Shown here piece after piece: positions 19,090-30,224 of a DNA stretch of 64,000 nt; position 1 is the stretch's first letter; the number at the start of each line of letters is the position of its first letter. A program made the position numbers and the translations under genes. Origin of the DNA: Thermodesulfobacteriota bacterium (GTDB taxonomy: Bacteria > Desulfobacterota_D > UBA1144 > Nemesobacterales > Mycalebacteriaceae). Under the pieces are notes generated by a model. It did not search any database and was not told the origin of the DNA. It worked only from the letters and a program-made list of their open reading frames with translations. The stretch covers positions 32,001 through 96,000 of the forward strand of contig CBDAQI010000001.1 of the NCBI GenBank assembly GCA_965198945.1, read 5' to 3'.

Positions 19090-20346
19090 TTAGTTCCCCG
19101 CCGCAATGGCATTTTTGAGAGCTTCAAGTTTGAGAGCCGTTTCCCGGAATTCTTTTTCCGGATCCGAATTCCACACTATTCCCGCTCCGCTCCAACAGAC
19201 CGCATTTTCCCGACAGATACGCAGACATCTTATTGAAACACTGAGACGGAAATTTCCGTCCGGATAAAAAATTCCCGCCGCGCCGCAATAAGGGCCTCTT
19301 GAATGAGACTCAAGCGAATCAATAATTTCAAGAGCTTTTGTTTTCGGAGCTCCGGTTACGGAGCCGGGAGGAAAAGTTTTTTCCATTATTTCACAAAGTG
19401 AAATATTTTTTCTGAGAGTTCCGCATATTTCCGATTCCATGTGAAAAAGCGTTTTATATGATTTGACATTAAATATCTTCTTTGTTTTGACGCTTGAGGG
19501 GGAACATATTCTGCTCAAATCATTTCTCATTAGATCAGTTATCATAAGAATTTCCGCCCTCTCTTTCCGATTGGCCGACAGGGATTGTTTTATACGGGAA
19601 TCCTGCAGACTATTTATTCCGCGCTTCGCCGTTCCTTTTATAGGATGTGAAACTATCTCCTTTCCGGTTTTTTCAAGAAAAAGTTCCATTGACCCGCTTA
19701 TAAACTGAAATTCTCCGAAATCCATATAGGAGGCAAACGGAACCGGTTGGGAATTAAAAAGACGCAAAAATAAATTCAGAGGCTCGTCCGGATTCGGAAT
19801 TTTCCACGCCTCGGATATGTTAACCTGGTATACGTCACCTTTTTCTATGTGTGATTTTATTTTCCTCACATTTTCCAGAAATCTTTTTTCAGATGAGCTG
19901 AAATCGGCTGCAATATCAGGAGCCGGTTTTTCAAGGCGATTGCGGTTTCTTTCTGAAAAAGTTTTTTCCGCCGGAAATTTATTTGAAAAACTCACCGATT
20001 TTTCATCGTAGAAGTGAAAATTAAGAAACGTGGGCGAAAAACCCGCTTTTTTATTTTCACATATTTTTTTTTTCAGACTCCTTCCGTCATGGGTTTTTTG
20101 CAGATATTCATATGAAAAAAATCCCACGGCAAAATATCCTTCGGAAGTTTTTTTTTCTATTTCGCGGACCGGGTCGCCGCTTATTTTACGAGTTTTTTCA
20201 CCGTCGGAAATTACCGTGCCGTAAATACCGGATGAAAGTGTGAATCGGGGTTTTGAGAAAATTATACAACCGCCGGAGCTCTTTCCAAGCCAGCCGCCCC
20301 CGGAGTCAAGAAGAAGAGCGGACGGAAATTCATCTCCCGTTGTCAT
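19090..20346 (-). CDS. pabB: aminodeoxychorismate synthase component I
   Basis: GDVYQVN, S.ELFL, PIKGT, KERAE..MI.DL.RNDL, FPPGSVTGAPK, RGPYCG. Confidence 0.85.
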   Translation of the reverse strand: MTTGDEFPSALLLDSGGGWLGKSSGGCIIFSKPRFTLSSGIYGTVISDGEKTRKISGDPVREIEKKTSEGYFAVGFFSYEYLQKTHDGRSLKKKICENKKAGFSPTFLNFHFYDEKSVSFSNKFPAEKTFSERNRNRLEKPAPDIAADFSSSEKRFLENVRKIKSHIEKGDVYQVNISEAWKIPNPDEPLNLFLRLFNSQPVPFASYMDFGEFQFISGSMELFLEKTGKEIVSHPIKGTAKRGINSLQDSRIKQSLSANRKERAEILMITDLMRNDLSRICSPSSVKTKKIFNVKSYKTLFHMESEICGTLRKNISLCEIMEKTFPPGSVTGAPKTKALEIIDSLESHSRGPYCGAAGIFYPDGNFRLSVSIRCLRICRENAVCWSGAGIVWNSDPEKEFRETALKLEALKNAIAAGN

Positions 20347-20360
20347 GGCCTGAAAACCGT

Positions 20361-22367
20361 CTACCGGGAATCTGTTTTATCAACCGAATCTCTGAGAATT
20401 TCCGCGACATCCTTTACCCGTATGTCATCTGATTTGCCCCTGAATTTTGCCGCATCCTCAAACATGGTATTACAAAAATAGCATGCGGTGGCAAGCGTGT
20501 CAGGCTTGAGCTGTTCGGCTTCTTCAAACCTGTTCCAGTTCACTCTCGGCGCCTCTTCCTCCATCCATATCTTTCCGCCGCCCGCGCCGCAGCAGAAACT
20601 GTTTCGCCCCGAACGTTTCATCTCAACAAGGTCTACGCCCGATATGGATTTGAGAATTTCCCTCGGTGAATCATAGATTTTGTTGTATCTGCCTATGTAG
20701 CAGGAGTCGTGGTATGTGATTTTCTCCGAAACCCCTCCGTTCGGTGTGAGTTTGCCCTGTTTTACAAGTTCCAGCAGAAAATCGGTGTGGTGAACCACTT
20801 CATACTCGCCGCCGAACTGCGGATACTCATTCTTTATCGTGTTGAAGCAGTGCGGACAGTTGGTGAGGATCTTCTTCACCTTCAAATCGTTCATTTTCTC
20901 CACATTTTGAGACGCAAGTTCCTGATAAAGAGCCTCCTCACCGAGGCGTCTGGCCGGGTCGCCGCTACAGGTCTCTGAAGGCCCCATGACGGCAAAGTCC
21001 ACTCCCGCCTTTGCAAGAAGCTCCACAACCGCCTTTGAAACCTCCTGGCCGCGCGGGTCAAAAGCGCCGAAACACCCCATCCAGTAAACCACATCAACGG
21101 GCTCCGCGTTTTCAAGATCTTTTCCGAGAACCCTCACCCCCTGGATGCCGGAGAGCCAGGAGGCTCTTTCCGAGTCATTAAATCCCCACGGGTTTCCGTG
21201 AGTCTGAAGTTTCTGCAAGGTGCGAGTCGCCGTCCCGGTCAGCTTGCCTTCAAGGGTCAGATACCTTCTCATTTCCACAATTTTGCCCATCTGGTCTATG
21301 AACAGCGGGCACTGTTCAACACAGGCGTTGCAAGTTGTGCAAGCCCAGAGCTCATCAGATGTTATCCATTCGGGCGAAGCAAGCTCCGCGCCCTCGCCCG
21401 CGGGAATTTTCCCGTCAGCGATTTCCTTGCCTTCGCTTGAAACATAGTGCCTGAGTTTGACAACAACATCGCGCGGAGAAAGCACCTTCTCGGTATTCCA
21501 TGCGGGGCAGTTGTCAGTACACCTGCCGCATTCGGTGCAGGTGTAGGAATCCATAAGGTCTTTCCAGCTGAAATCCTCTATTTTTGCCGCGCCGAAATGG
21601 TCAAGGTCTTCGGGAATATCCTCAAAATCTATCTTCGCAAGCGCGCCCCGGGGTTTCAGATTCTGAAAAAAAACATTGAGCGCGGCCGTGAAAACATGGC
21701 TGTGCTTTGAATAGGGAAGATAGTTGAGAAACCCGAGAAGTATCAGAACATGGAACCACCAGAAAAACTCGCGCCAAAAGACCTGACCCCCTTCGGACAT
21801 AGTGGCAAAAAGACCGGCAAACAGGCTTGAGACCGGGAGAAACTCTGCGGGAGCGCCGCCGAGCGCTATTTTCGCTCCGGTGTATAGAAACGCTGTCATA
21901 ACAAGGCCGAAAATAAGCCCGAGAACAACCACGGCGTCCGGGCCGTTTACTTCTCTTTTTTTGCCGAAAGTGAGTCGGTTGACAACTCCCATGCACAGCG
22001 CCAAAATAACAAGCGCCTGGGTTATGTCCAGCACATATTCGTAGTAATCATGTCCGACTCCGGGAATGAGTTTGAATTCCGTTTCGGGGAAAAAAAGACC
22101 GCCTACAAAAATTTCAAAAGTGCCTATGGAGATAATCAGAAATCCCCAGAAAATCATAAAATGCTCAATTCCCGCAAATGTGTAGTTCTGCCAAAGTCTC
22201 CGCTGTCCGAAAACATATATAAAAACACGTTTTACCCTCTCCCCGATTTGGTCAAGGCGGTTGTCCTCCTTTTTTCCCAGCCGCAGAAGGCGTATGAGGT
22301 TGTAGATGTTGTAAAAGAAAAAACCGAAAGAGGCCACTAGAAGAACAGTCATTATAAGCGGTTTCAT
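20361..22367 (-). CDS. membrane Fe-S oxidoreductase (HdrD/GlpC-like, FadF type) with CCG domains
   Basis: N-terminal TM helices, CTECGRC...CP and CTTCNAC...CP 4Fe-4S motifs, CSGDPARR, HDSCY, CCGAGGG. Confidence 0.9.
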   Translation of the reverse strand: MKPLIMTVLLVASFGFFFYNIYNLIRLLRLGKKEDNRLDQIGERVKRVFIYVFGQRRLWQNYTFAGIEHFMIFWGFLIISIGTFEIFVGGLFFPETEFKLIPGVGHDYYEYVLDITQALVILALCMGVVNRLTFGKKREVNGPDAVVVLGLIFGLVMTAFLYTGAKIALGGAPAEFLPVSSLFAGLFATMSEGGQVFWREFFWWFHVLILLGFLNYLPYSKHSHVFTAALNVFFQNLKPRGALAKIDFEDIPEDLDHFGAAKIEDFSWKDLMDSYTCTECGRCTDNCPAWNTEKVLSPRDVVVKLRHYVSSEGKEIADGKIPAGEGAELASPEWITSDELWACTTCNACVEQCPLFIDQMGKIVEMRRYLTLEGKLTGTATRTLQKLQTHGNPWGFNDSERASWLSGIQGVRVLGKDLENAEPVDVVYWMGCFGAFDPRGQEVSKAVVELLAKAGVDFAVMGPSETCSGDPARRLGEEALYQELASQNVEKMNDLKVKKILTNCPHCFNTIKNEYPQFGGEYEVVHHTDFLLELVKQGKLTPNGGVSEKITYHDSCYIGRYNKIYDSPREILKSISGVDLVEMKRSGRNSFCCGAGGGKIWMEEEAPRVNWNRFEEAEQLKPDTLATACYFCNTMFEDAAKFRGKSDDIRVKDVAEILRDSVDKTDSR

Positions 22368-22522
22368 ATTTTCCTCCGGTGTTTATCGTATAAGGAGAAG
22401 AACTCCGTAACATTATACTAAATAGGCGCGGGGAAAGGTCAAGAATACAAAATGCAGTGTCTTTTCATCAGAATTAAAACAAGATGGCCGCTAAAACCCG
22501 AAACAATAAGGCCGAGGAAGTG

Positions 22523-24073
22523 TTAAACTCCGTCCCGGACACGTTCTTCTTTTCGGGTTCTGCGGAGCTTGAGGCGGTTAAGAGCATTTACAAACGCCTT
22601 CGCACTTGCGACTATTATGTCCGTGTCTGAGCCCCTGCCGCGTGAAAAAACTCCGGCTTTCTCATCCGTTATACGGACTGTAACCTCGCCCTGGGCGTCA
22701 GTGCCCCCGGTTATGGAGGAGATTCTGTATGTTTCAAGCCTCGGATACTCTCCGGTCGCCTTTTTAATCGCCTTGTAAGCCGCATCCACCGGACCGCCGC
22801 CCCGTTCGGAAGCGGAAATTTTCTTCCCGCCGGCAAGAAGGCGCACAGTCGCCCCCGGAACCACACACGAACCGCCCGTGAACTCTACATCAAGAAGTTC
22901 GTAGTAGTCGGATGAACCCATAAACTCTTCGCTTATAAGAGCCTCTATATCTTCGTCAAAAACATACTTTTTTTTGTCGGCGAGGTCTTTGAATTTTTTG
23001 AATGCCTCCTCAAACTGAGACTCGTCAAGATCATATCCGAACTCGTTGAGCCGGTCCCTGAACGCATGTCTGCCCGAATGCTTGCCGAGAACTATGGAGT
23101 TTGATGATATGCCCACATCTTCGGGCTTCATAATCTCATATGTAATTCTGTCATTCAAAACGCCCGCCTGATGTATTCCCGCCTCATGAGCAAAAGCGTT
23201 TGCGCCCACAACGGCTTTGTTCGGCTGAACGGCGACTCCCGTGGTCTGAGACACAACCCTGCTTGTGGAATATATCTGCTCAGTGCAAATCCCGGTTTTC
23301 CAGGGATTTTTGTCTCCCCTGACCCTTATCGCCATAACTATCTCTTCAAGAGAAGCGTTTCCGGCTCTCTCCCCGAGGCCGTTTATCGTGCATTCCACCT
23401 GACGCGCTCCGTTTGCAATCGCGGCGAGGGAATTGGCAACGGCAAGTCCCAGATCGTTATGGCAGTGAACGCTCAAAATAATTCCGTCCAGACCGTCAAC
23501 CCTTTGCCTCAGGGTTCTGATAATCTCTGAAAATTCTTCCGGAACCGTATAGCCGACCGTATCGGGAATGTTGATTGTTGAGGCGCCGGACTCTATTGCG
23601 AGAGAGACAACCCGGCAGAGATAGTCAATATCGGTGCGGGTGGCGTCTTCACAGGAAAACTCAACATTTGAAGTGAATCTGCTCGCATACTCAACAGACT
23701 CCGAGGCAATCCGCGCGACCTCTTCGCGCGATTTTCCCAGTTTGTGTTTAAGATGGATGTCCGAGGTTGCGATGAAGGTGTGTATGCGGGGATTTTCCGC
23801 GTTTTTTACGGCTTCCCATCCGCGGTCTATGTCATGTTTTGAAGCCCTGCAGAGAGCGGCAATCTCACAGCCTCTGATTTTTTCCGCTATTTCCCGCACC
23901 GAGATAAAATCCTCCCCGGAAGAAACCGGGAAACCCGCTTCTATGACATCAACCCCCAGGCGTTCAAGCTGATAGGCCACCCGCAGTTTCTGCGAAGCGG
24001 TCATTCCGCATCCGGGAGCCTGTTCTCCGTCTCTGAGTGTCGTGTCAAATATTTTCACATAGTCGGGCCGCAT
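22523..24073 (-). CDS. leuA: 2-isopropylmalate synthase
   Basis: DTTLRDGEQ, HCHNDLG, GERAGN, HEAGIHQ, regulatory domain GPVDA. Confidence 0.96.
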   Translation of the reverse strand: MRPDYVKIFDTTLRDGEQAPGCGMTASQKLRVAYQLERLGVDVIEAGFPVSSGEDFISVREIAEKIRGCEIAALCRASKHDIDRGWEAVKNAENPRIHTFIATSDIHLKHKLGKSREEVARIASESVEYASRFTSNVEFSCEDATRTDIDYLCRVVSLAIESGASTINIPDTVGYTVPEEFSEIIRTLRQRVDGLDGIILSVHCHNDLGLAVANSLAAIANGARQVECTINGLGERAGNASLEEIVMAIRVRGDKNPWKTGICTEQIYSTSRVVSQTTGVAVQPNKAVVGANAFAHEAGIHQAGVLNDRITYEIMKPEDVGISSNSIVLGKHSGRHAFRDRLNEFGYDLDESQFEEAFKKFKDLADKKKYVFDEDIEALISEEFMGSSDYYELLDVEFTGGSCVVPGATVRLLAGGKKISASERGGGPVDAAYKAIKKATGEYPRLETYRISSITGGTDAQGEVTVRITDEKAGVFSRGRGSDTDIIVASAKAFVNALNRLKLRRTRKEERVRDGV

Positions 24074-24095
24074 TTTGACTTTACACCGCGCCGAT

Positions 24096-24169
24096 TGGCT
24101 GGGGGACTGGGATTCGAACCCAGACTAACGGTTCCAGAGACCGCGGTACTGCCGTTATACTATCCCCCA
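24096..24169 (-). tRNA. tRNA-Gln (CTG)
   Basis: TGGGGGATAGTATAACGGCAGTAC...CT-CTG-GA...GGTTCGAATCC...CCCCCAGCCA; CCA encoded. Confidence 0.95.
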
Positions 24170-24256
24170 TTCGGCGGGGTTAATACTACATAAACCGCCG
24201 GCAATTTGAACAGTCTCACGGCAGGAAGTAAACTCCGGTGCTGAAACACCCGGAAA

Positions 24257-26230
24257 ATGCAAATGATTAAAACCGTTTTCTCCACAGCCGTTGCGACTCT
24301 CATTTTATGCGCCGTCCACACTGCCGCCTGCAAAGCGCAAAACACCGGAGACGGAAATTCTCTGAAAAAACTCAAGCTCGCCCGCAAAGAGACCTTACGC
24401 TCGGAAAACCCCGAAAAGGCTCTCTCTCTTCTCTACAATACGGAAAATGAGGTTCCCGAACTCAAAGAGTACGTTTTTTTCATCAGAGGCGAAGCGCTTG
24501 AAAAACTGTCAAACCCTCTTGCGGCTGACATGTACCGGATTGCGTCGGATTCGGAAGCGCTGAGAACCAAAGCGCTTGAAAAACAGGCGGAGTCTCTTGA
24601 AAAAAACGGGCTGTGGACTGAGGCGGGAAAGACATACAAAACCCTGCTTGATTATAAGGACGCCAAGCGCAAAAGCTTCTATTTGAAAAAAATGGCTGAA
24701 ATATCAGAGAAAAGAGGCAATACCGCAAAAGCGGCGGAGATTTGGGAATCACTCTGGGAAAATTATCCGGCAAGCGATTTTTCGGAAGAAGCGCCGGGAA
24801 AAATTACCGCGCTCACGGGAAAATTCTCCCCTTCGGAAAAGGTGCGGCGGCAAAGAGCGGAAAGGCTGTTTTCACTGGGAAAATGCGTAAGCGCACTCGC
24901 CGCATATAAAACACTGCCCGTAACTCCGCAAAGCAACATTGAACGGGCCGTATGTATGCGCAGAACGGGGAGAAAAAACCGTGAGACGCTCGAAAGGGCC
25001 CTGCTTTTACTGCAAAACTCACGGTCGGCCGAAGGGATATATGTAAAAGGAACCTTGCTTGAGTCAATGGCGAAAATTTCCGGTGACAAAAAAGAAAAAT
25101 CGGATCTGTTTCTGAAAGCCAGACGCGTTTTCAAGTCGGTTAACACATCTTTTCCGGGTTCTGAATGGGCTGGCAAGGCTCTTCTGAAAGAGCAGAAAAT
25201 CGCACTGAAGCTCGGCAAAACCGACAGGGCTGAGAGAGTATATACTCTGATAAAAAAATCCCACCCCGGAAAAAGAGCTGATACGGCTTGGAATCTGGGC
25301 TGGTTTTACTACAAAAATGGCGAATATGAAAAAGCGGGGCGGATATTTTCCGAAAACAGCAGACCTGTGAATTCAATGCTCGCCGGACAGTTCCCATACT
25401 GGAGAGCGAAAATTTTTGAAAAAGCCGGCAAAAACGGGGAGTCAACAAAACTGTTTCAAGAAACCGCCGAGCGAAAAAACTTCAGTTACTACTCCTTTCT
25501 CGCATCTGAAAAAACCGGTCATAAGAGAAGTTTCTCAAAGTCCGCAAAAACAAAACGGAACCCGGAGGAGAGCCCCGCAATAGCAAGGGCGCGGCTTTTG
25601 CTTGATGCGAGTTTTGACTCATGGGCGGAAAAGGAAGCCGAAATTGCGTCCAAATCACATCCGGTTGCGGCATGTGAAATACTCACCGCCACAAAAAACT
25701 TTCATTCATGCATAAAAATTGCCGGAAACTATCCTCCGCCCGAAGAAGCGCGTTTTGCATTTCCACAAGGATTTGAGAAACAAATCGGGGCGTCCTGTGC
25801 CGCAAACGGGCTGGATGAAAATCTTGTTTATTCTCTCATACGGGAGGAAAGCAGGTTCAAAACAGACGCCGTCTCGCCCGCGCCCGCTTTTGGTCTCATG
25901 CAACTCATCCTGCCGACCGCAAAAGAAGTCGCGGGGAAAACCGGTGAGAAAGAAATAACACGGAAGAAACTTTTTCTGCCGGAAGTAAACATCAAACTCG
26001 GCTGCCATTATCTGGCCTCAATGCTGAAAAGATTCAAAAACAACCCCGTGCTGGCGCTTTCGGCCTACAACGCGGGCCCGTCAAGAGCGAAAAGGTGGTC
26101 GGGAGAATTCAAAAACCTTGAGCGGGACGAATTCACCGAAGAAATTCCGTTCAGGGAAACCAGAAACTACGTCAGACGCATATTCAGAAGCTACGGAGCG
26201 TATAGGGCCGTCTACGGCTCCGACGGTTGA
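24257..26230 (+). CDS. soluble lytic murein transglycosylase (Slt70-like, TPR + SLT domain)
   Basis: Signal peptide, helical repeats, IREES.F, GLMQL, AYNAG, IPF.ETRNYV. Confidence 0.9.
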   Translation: MQMIKTVFSTAVATLILCAVHTAACKAQNTGDGNSLKKLKLARKETLRSENPEKALSLLYNTENEVPELKEYVFFIRGEALEKLSNPLAADMYRIASDSEALRTKALEKQAESLEKNGLWTEAGKTYKTLLDYKDAKRKSFYLKKMAEISEKRGNTAKAAEIWESLWENYPASDFSEEAPGKITALTGKFSPSEKVRRQRAERLFSLGKCVSALAAYKTLPVTPQSNIERAVCMRRTGRKNRETLERALLLLQNSRSAEGIYVKGTLLESMAKISGDKKEKSDLFLKARRVFKSVNTSFPGSEWAGKALLKEQKIALKLGKTDRAERVYTLIKKSHPGKRADTAWNLGWFYYKNGEYEKAGRIFSENSRPVNSMLAGQFPYWRAKIFEKAGKNGESTKLFQETAERKNFSYYSFLASEKTGHKRSFSKSAKTKRNPEESPAIARARLLLDASFDSWAEKEAEIASKSHPVAACEILTATKNFHSCIKIAGNYPPPEEARFAFPQGFEKQIGASCAANGLDENLVYSLIREESRFKTDAVSPAPAFGLMQLILPTAKEVAGKTGEKEITRKKLFLPEVNIKLGCHYLASMLKRFKNNPVLALSAYNAGPSRAKRWSGEFKNLERDEFTEEIPFRETRNYVRRIFRSYGAYRAVYGSDG

Positions 26231-26856
26231 AATTCGGCGAAGTTTTTCAAAATTTTCAAGCCCGCACCGGAGCTCTTTTCGGGATGAAACTGGCAGGCAA
26301 AAACATTGTTTTTTGCCACCGCCGCGGCAAATCTCACCCCGTGCTCGGTTTCAGCGGCGATTATTGAATCGTCATCAGAGTCAACACGGAAAGAGTGCGC
26401 GAAGTAGAACCAGTTCTCATCACTAATTCCACTGAAAAGCGGAGAAGGCTTTTTCAAACAAACCCGGTTCCAGCCCATATGCGGAATTTTAAGCCCCGGC
26501 AAACCGGACGGAAACCTTCGCACCCGACCTCTGAAAATTCCAAGCCCCGGCTCGCCGGGGCTTTCATCACTGTGTTCAAAAAGAATCTGAAGTCCGAGAC
26601 ACATTCCAAGATACGGCCTGCCGCTGTCTATAAAATCCCGAATCGCTCCCGCGGCGCCGGTTTCTTTCAGAGACTGGGAACAGTCACCAAAAGCGGCGAC
26701 GCCGGGAAAAACAAGGCGTTCTGACCCCTCTATGCTTTTCGCATCTGAGATTGCTCTGACTTTGAAGCCGAGAAACCTGAAAGCGTTAAGGACACTTTGC
26801 TGGTTTCCCATTCCATAGTCAAAAACGGTTACTTCCCCGCCGCCGGGTGAGTTCAT
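26212..26856 (-). CDS. hisH: imidazole glycerol phosphate synthase glutaminase subunit
   Basis: DYGMGN, PGV.AF, GMCLGLQ, PHMGWN, QFHPEKS. Confidence 0.96.
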   Translation of the reverse strand: MNSPGGGEVTVFDYGMGNQQSVLNAFRFLGFKVRAISDAKSIEGSERLVFPGVAAFGDCSQSLKETGAAGAIRDFIDSGRPYLGMCLGLQILFEHSDESPGEPGLGIFRGRVRRFPSGLPGLKIPHMGWNRVCLKKPSPLFSGISDENWFYFAHSFRVDSDDDSIIAAETEHGVRFAAAVAKNNVFACQFHPEKSSGAGLKILKNFAEFQPSEP

Positions 26857-27446
26857 AACGCGCCCTTTGTCGAGGGAATATCGCCATAGCGATTGTCAAT
26901 GGCCGTTGCGAGGTCAAACGCGCGTCCGCATGATTTGAACATCGCCTCAATGTTGTGGTGCAGATTTTCTCCGCATTCAAGACGTATGTGCAGGTTGCAG
27001 CCCATGTTGTTTGAGAGTGATTTGAAAAACTCACGGGCAAGTTCCGAATCAAAATCTCCCACCTTGGATTTGGGCATATCGGCATTGAACACAAGGCAGG
27101 GTCTTCCGCTTATGTCAACCGCGGTGAAAACAAGCGTGTCTTCAAACGGAACATATGAGTGCGCAAAGCGGACTATGCTTTTTTTCTCTCCGAGCGCTTC
27201 TCTGAAAGCGTTTCCGAGCGCTATGCCGACATCTTCAACCGTGTGATGGAAATCAACCTCGGTGTCGCCGATGGCTTTTATTTTAAGGTCAAAACAGCCG
27301 TGACGCGCAAACTGACACAGCATATGATCAAAAAACGGTATCCCGGTCTTAATATCAAACACACCGGCGCCGTCAACGTTCAAATCAACGCTGACTTTAA
27401 CTTCATTGGTTTTTCTCTCAAAACTCGCTTTTCTTTCCGCAACCAT
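26853..27446 (-). CDS. hisB: imidazoleglycerol-phosphate dehydratase
   Basis: TGIPFFDHML, DFHHTVED, D.SGRP, N.HH.IEA.FK, PSTKG. Confidence 0.96.
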   Translation of the reverse strand: MVAERKASFERKTNEVKVSVDLNVDGAGVFDIKTGIPFFDHMLCQFARHGCFDLKIKAIGDTEVDFHHTVEDVGIALGNAFREALGEKKSIVRFAHSYVPFEDTLVFTAVDISGRPCLVFNADMPKSKVGDFDSELAREFFKSLSNNMGCNLHIRLECGENLHHNIEAMFKSCGRAFDLATAIDNRYGDIPSTKGAL

Positions 27447-27549
27447 ATTGACCGCAATTAAATGAAAAATTCACACTTCCTGAACGTGAGGAAATTAGCT
27501 TAAGGTGAGACATTCAATTCTTACTCAATTTTAACACGGAGGCAGAAAA

Positions 27550-29283
27550 GTGAAACAGTTTTTGAAACTCTTGGGAGTATTTACGGTTTTAGTCCAGACT
27601 CTTGCGGCAACACAAAATTCATGGGCACAGGAACAGCCCGCAGTGGTAAGATGCGAACTGCCGGATTGTAAAGTTACGCCAATTTTTACCGTGGGAGAAA
27701 GCATAGGTCAAAGCAACTATATGCCTCCGGGCCGGCTTGACGGCACCGGCGCATATAAACTGAATAAAAACACCGTCCGCGTTTTTGTAAACCACGAGAT
27801 TTCCAGAAATGATTCCACCGGCTCCAACTATAAAAGGGGAGATAGAACGGGCGTCTTTGAACTTGAAGGGGCGCGTGTTTCCTATTTTGATTTCAACATG
27901 GAAACTCTCAAAGTCTTGGACTCGGGAGTCGCCTTTTCAACAATCTACAACGCATCGGGCAATCCTGTTTCCGATAACAGTTTTTTACCGGTCAACTCAC
28001 GAAATTACGGCTTTGACAAATTTTGTTCGGCGAACTTGTTTGAGCCATTCCGGTTCGGACGGGGGCGGGGGTTTGTGGACCGCATCTTTATGACAAACGA
28101 AGAATCTTCATTGGGTCCCGGAGGAGCTTTCTGGGCTCTTAATCCGGAAGACCGCAGTCTGTGGCACGTATCAGCACTGGGACGCGGGAAATGGGAAAGC
28201 AGCACGCAGCTGGACACCGGATCACCCGATAAGGTGGCTCTGATACTTTCAGATGATGAGTCTCCGTATGATGTGGACAGTGACGGGATAAGGGAATTGG
28301 CGCCCCTATACCTCTATGTGGGCATAAAAGATAAAAGCCCCGACGCCGACTTTCTTGCAAGAAACGGCCTGAGAAATGGAAAAATCTATGTCTGGGTCGC
28401 AGACAACAAATCAAAAAATCCGTCTGATTTCAGAGGCAAAGGGTCGCTGAGCGGCCGTTGGATGGAACTGGATACATCCGGAGGAACACCATCTGAAAAC
28501 GGCGGTTCAGGTTTTGACGAATATGGCAATCCGGGCCAGGTAAAACTCTGAAAAAGAGCCGAAGAAATCGGAGCGTTCGGCTTTTCACGACCCGAAGATG
28601 TGGCGACAAATCCCGAAAACGGAAGGGAAGCCGTGCTTGCCTCAACCGGCAGTTCAAAACTCGGCAGCAACGCCGACAGAGTGGGCACCCTATACACAAT
28701 TAAAACCGACTTTAGAAAAATGACCGGCACATTAAAAATAGTCTACGACGGTGACATGGATCCAAGCAGAAGACTGCGCAGCCCCGACAATCTTGACTGG
28801 ACTGACGACGGATGGATTTATGTGCAGGAAGACATGGCCGCGGACACGGACGATGACGGCAGACCCATTTTCGGCGCCGGTGCGGCAAATCCTTATGAGG
28901 CAAGCATTGTGCGGATAAATCCGGAAAACGGGGAAATTCAGCGCGTAGCGGAGATTGACCGAACTGCGGTATTGGACCCGAGCACCTTTGGAACCGCTTT
29001 TGACCGGTATGATGGGAAGGCGGGCAAATGGGAGACCTCCGGCATTTTGGATGTTTCAACCCTGTTCGGCAGGAAAAAAGGAACACTGTTCATTTTAGAT
29101 GTGCGTGCCCACGGCATTAAAAACCAGAATGATCTCAATGGCGATTCCGAAATAGACGATGAAGGTCTTGTTGAGGGGGGTCAGTTGCTGTTCCTCGACC
29201 TTTCTGCCGACCGCAGCGCAGGCCGGGGTTCTGCCGGAAAACTCACAAACCTTCCCGGAAGCCGTGGACAACGCCTGCCGTAA
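27550..29283 (+). pseudogene. phoX: PhoX/DUF839-like secreted phosphatase with in-frame TGA at 28549-28551
   Basis: The two track ORFs are in one frame: ...QVKL*KRAEEIGAFGFSRPEDVATNP... Motifs DG.GA, VNHE, FCSA, NEE, GRGKWE, RPED, SPDNLDW, QED, WETSGI; signal peptide. Confidence 0.75.
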
Positions 29284-29675
29284 CTTGAAACATAGAAGGC
29301 GCAGCGCAACTCTTTGAACGACACGGAAACCGCTGAAAATACTGCCGCCATGCTCACAAAATGACGAAATCAGCGGAGAGGCGCAAAAAACTTCACAATG
29401 AAAAGGGGTGAGCTCTTTGGGGCGGTCGGAGCAGAAATATGGTTTTCAAATATACTGAAATCGGAGACCTGACATAATTGGATAGAAACCACTGTCGTAT
29501 TGGGCAAAGGCGGCTTTGAACCTCCGCATCACATATGAAGCAGAGGTTAAAGAGCTACTGAGCTCATACTCAATGACCGCAAAATTTGGTATTAATCTGT
29601 GAAAGCGTCTTTTTAAGAAACCGTGTAGACAGACCGAGCAATGAGGTTTCAAAGCATGACGCGCCGCAACCGGCC

Positions 29676-29709
29676 TTACAACAGGCCGTTTTCAACAAAG
29701 CTGTAGTGG
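29676..29709 (-). repeat. second copy of the radC 3' end (HYSFVENGLL-stop)
   Basis: 31/34 identical to 32241-32274; the 3 differences are synonymous (GGC CTG TTG TAA vs GGG TTG TTG TGA). Confidence 0.9.
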
Positions 29710-29711
29710 CC

Positions 29712-29826
29712 ATGCCGATATCTTCAACGGTGTGATGGAAATCAACCTCGGCGTCGCCGTCAACGTTCAAATCAACGCTGACTTTAACTTCATTGGTTTT
29801 TCTCTCAAAACTCGCTTTTCTTTCCG
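29712..29826 (-). pseudogene. duplicated hisB 5' fragment with internal deletion
   Basis: 29760-29826 is identical to 27373-27439; 29712-29759 matches 27223-27270 at 45/48. The intervening 102 nt are deleted between CGCCG microhomologies. No ATG. Confidence 0.9.
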
Positions 29827-30224
29827 GAGGTATTGCCAGAAAACTTAACGGAATTGTGGGGATAGGGCAATAACGCTGGAACCTCTAAAACCTATTTTCT
29901 GTAATTCCGTATTTGACATACAGACTCGCTCCTTATTACCGTTTTAGGGTGGAACCGAGTTGCCAAATCTCTGTGAATGCAAAAATCCACGGAAAATAAA
30001 AGGAGGTTTAGATAAACAACAATGGCTTCATACTATGGCGTTTTTTATTTGTATATCAGTTATGACAGTTTCACTTATTGGAATATATTCACTTCTGTTT
30101 AGGGTTCATCAATGGATAATAAACTGTTTCAAATGCTTTAAGGATATTTTGAACCTAAGAATATTAATAGTTCTGTACGTTGCTAATTTATACGAATTTC
30201 TAAAACAAAAAAGCTACAAGGTCT

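Noticed and set aside
28549..28551. Genome-wide UGA reassignment (genetic code 4/25)
   Set aside because: Many intact genes here end in TGA at the expected C-terminus (e.g. gltX, pstB) and use TGG for Trp.
29486..29602. Short frame ...ALNLRITYEAEVKELLSSYSMTAKFGINL* resembling the last strands of an autotransporter/OM barrel
   Set aside because: Only ~38 codons, no start, upstream stops; the resemblance is by eye only and would need HHpred support.
29570..29770. 66-aa ORF beginning with HisB-like sequence
   Set aside because: It is the chimeric hisB-fragment/radC-end repeat read through, not a gene.
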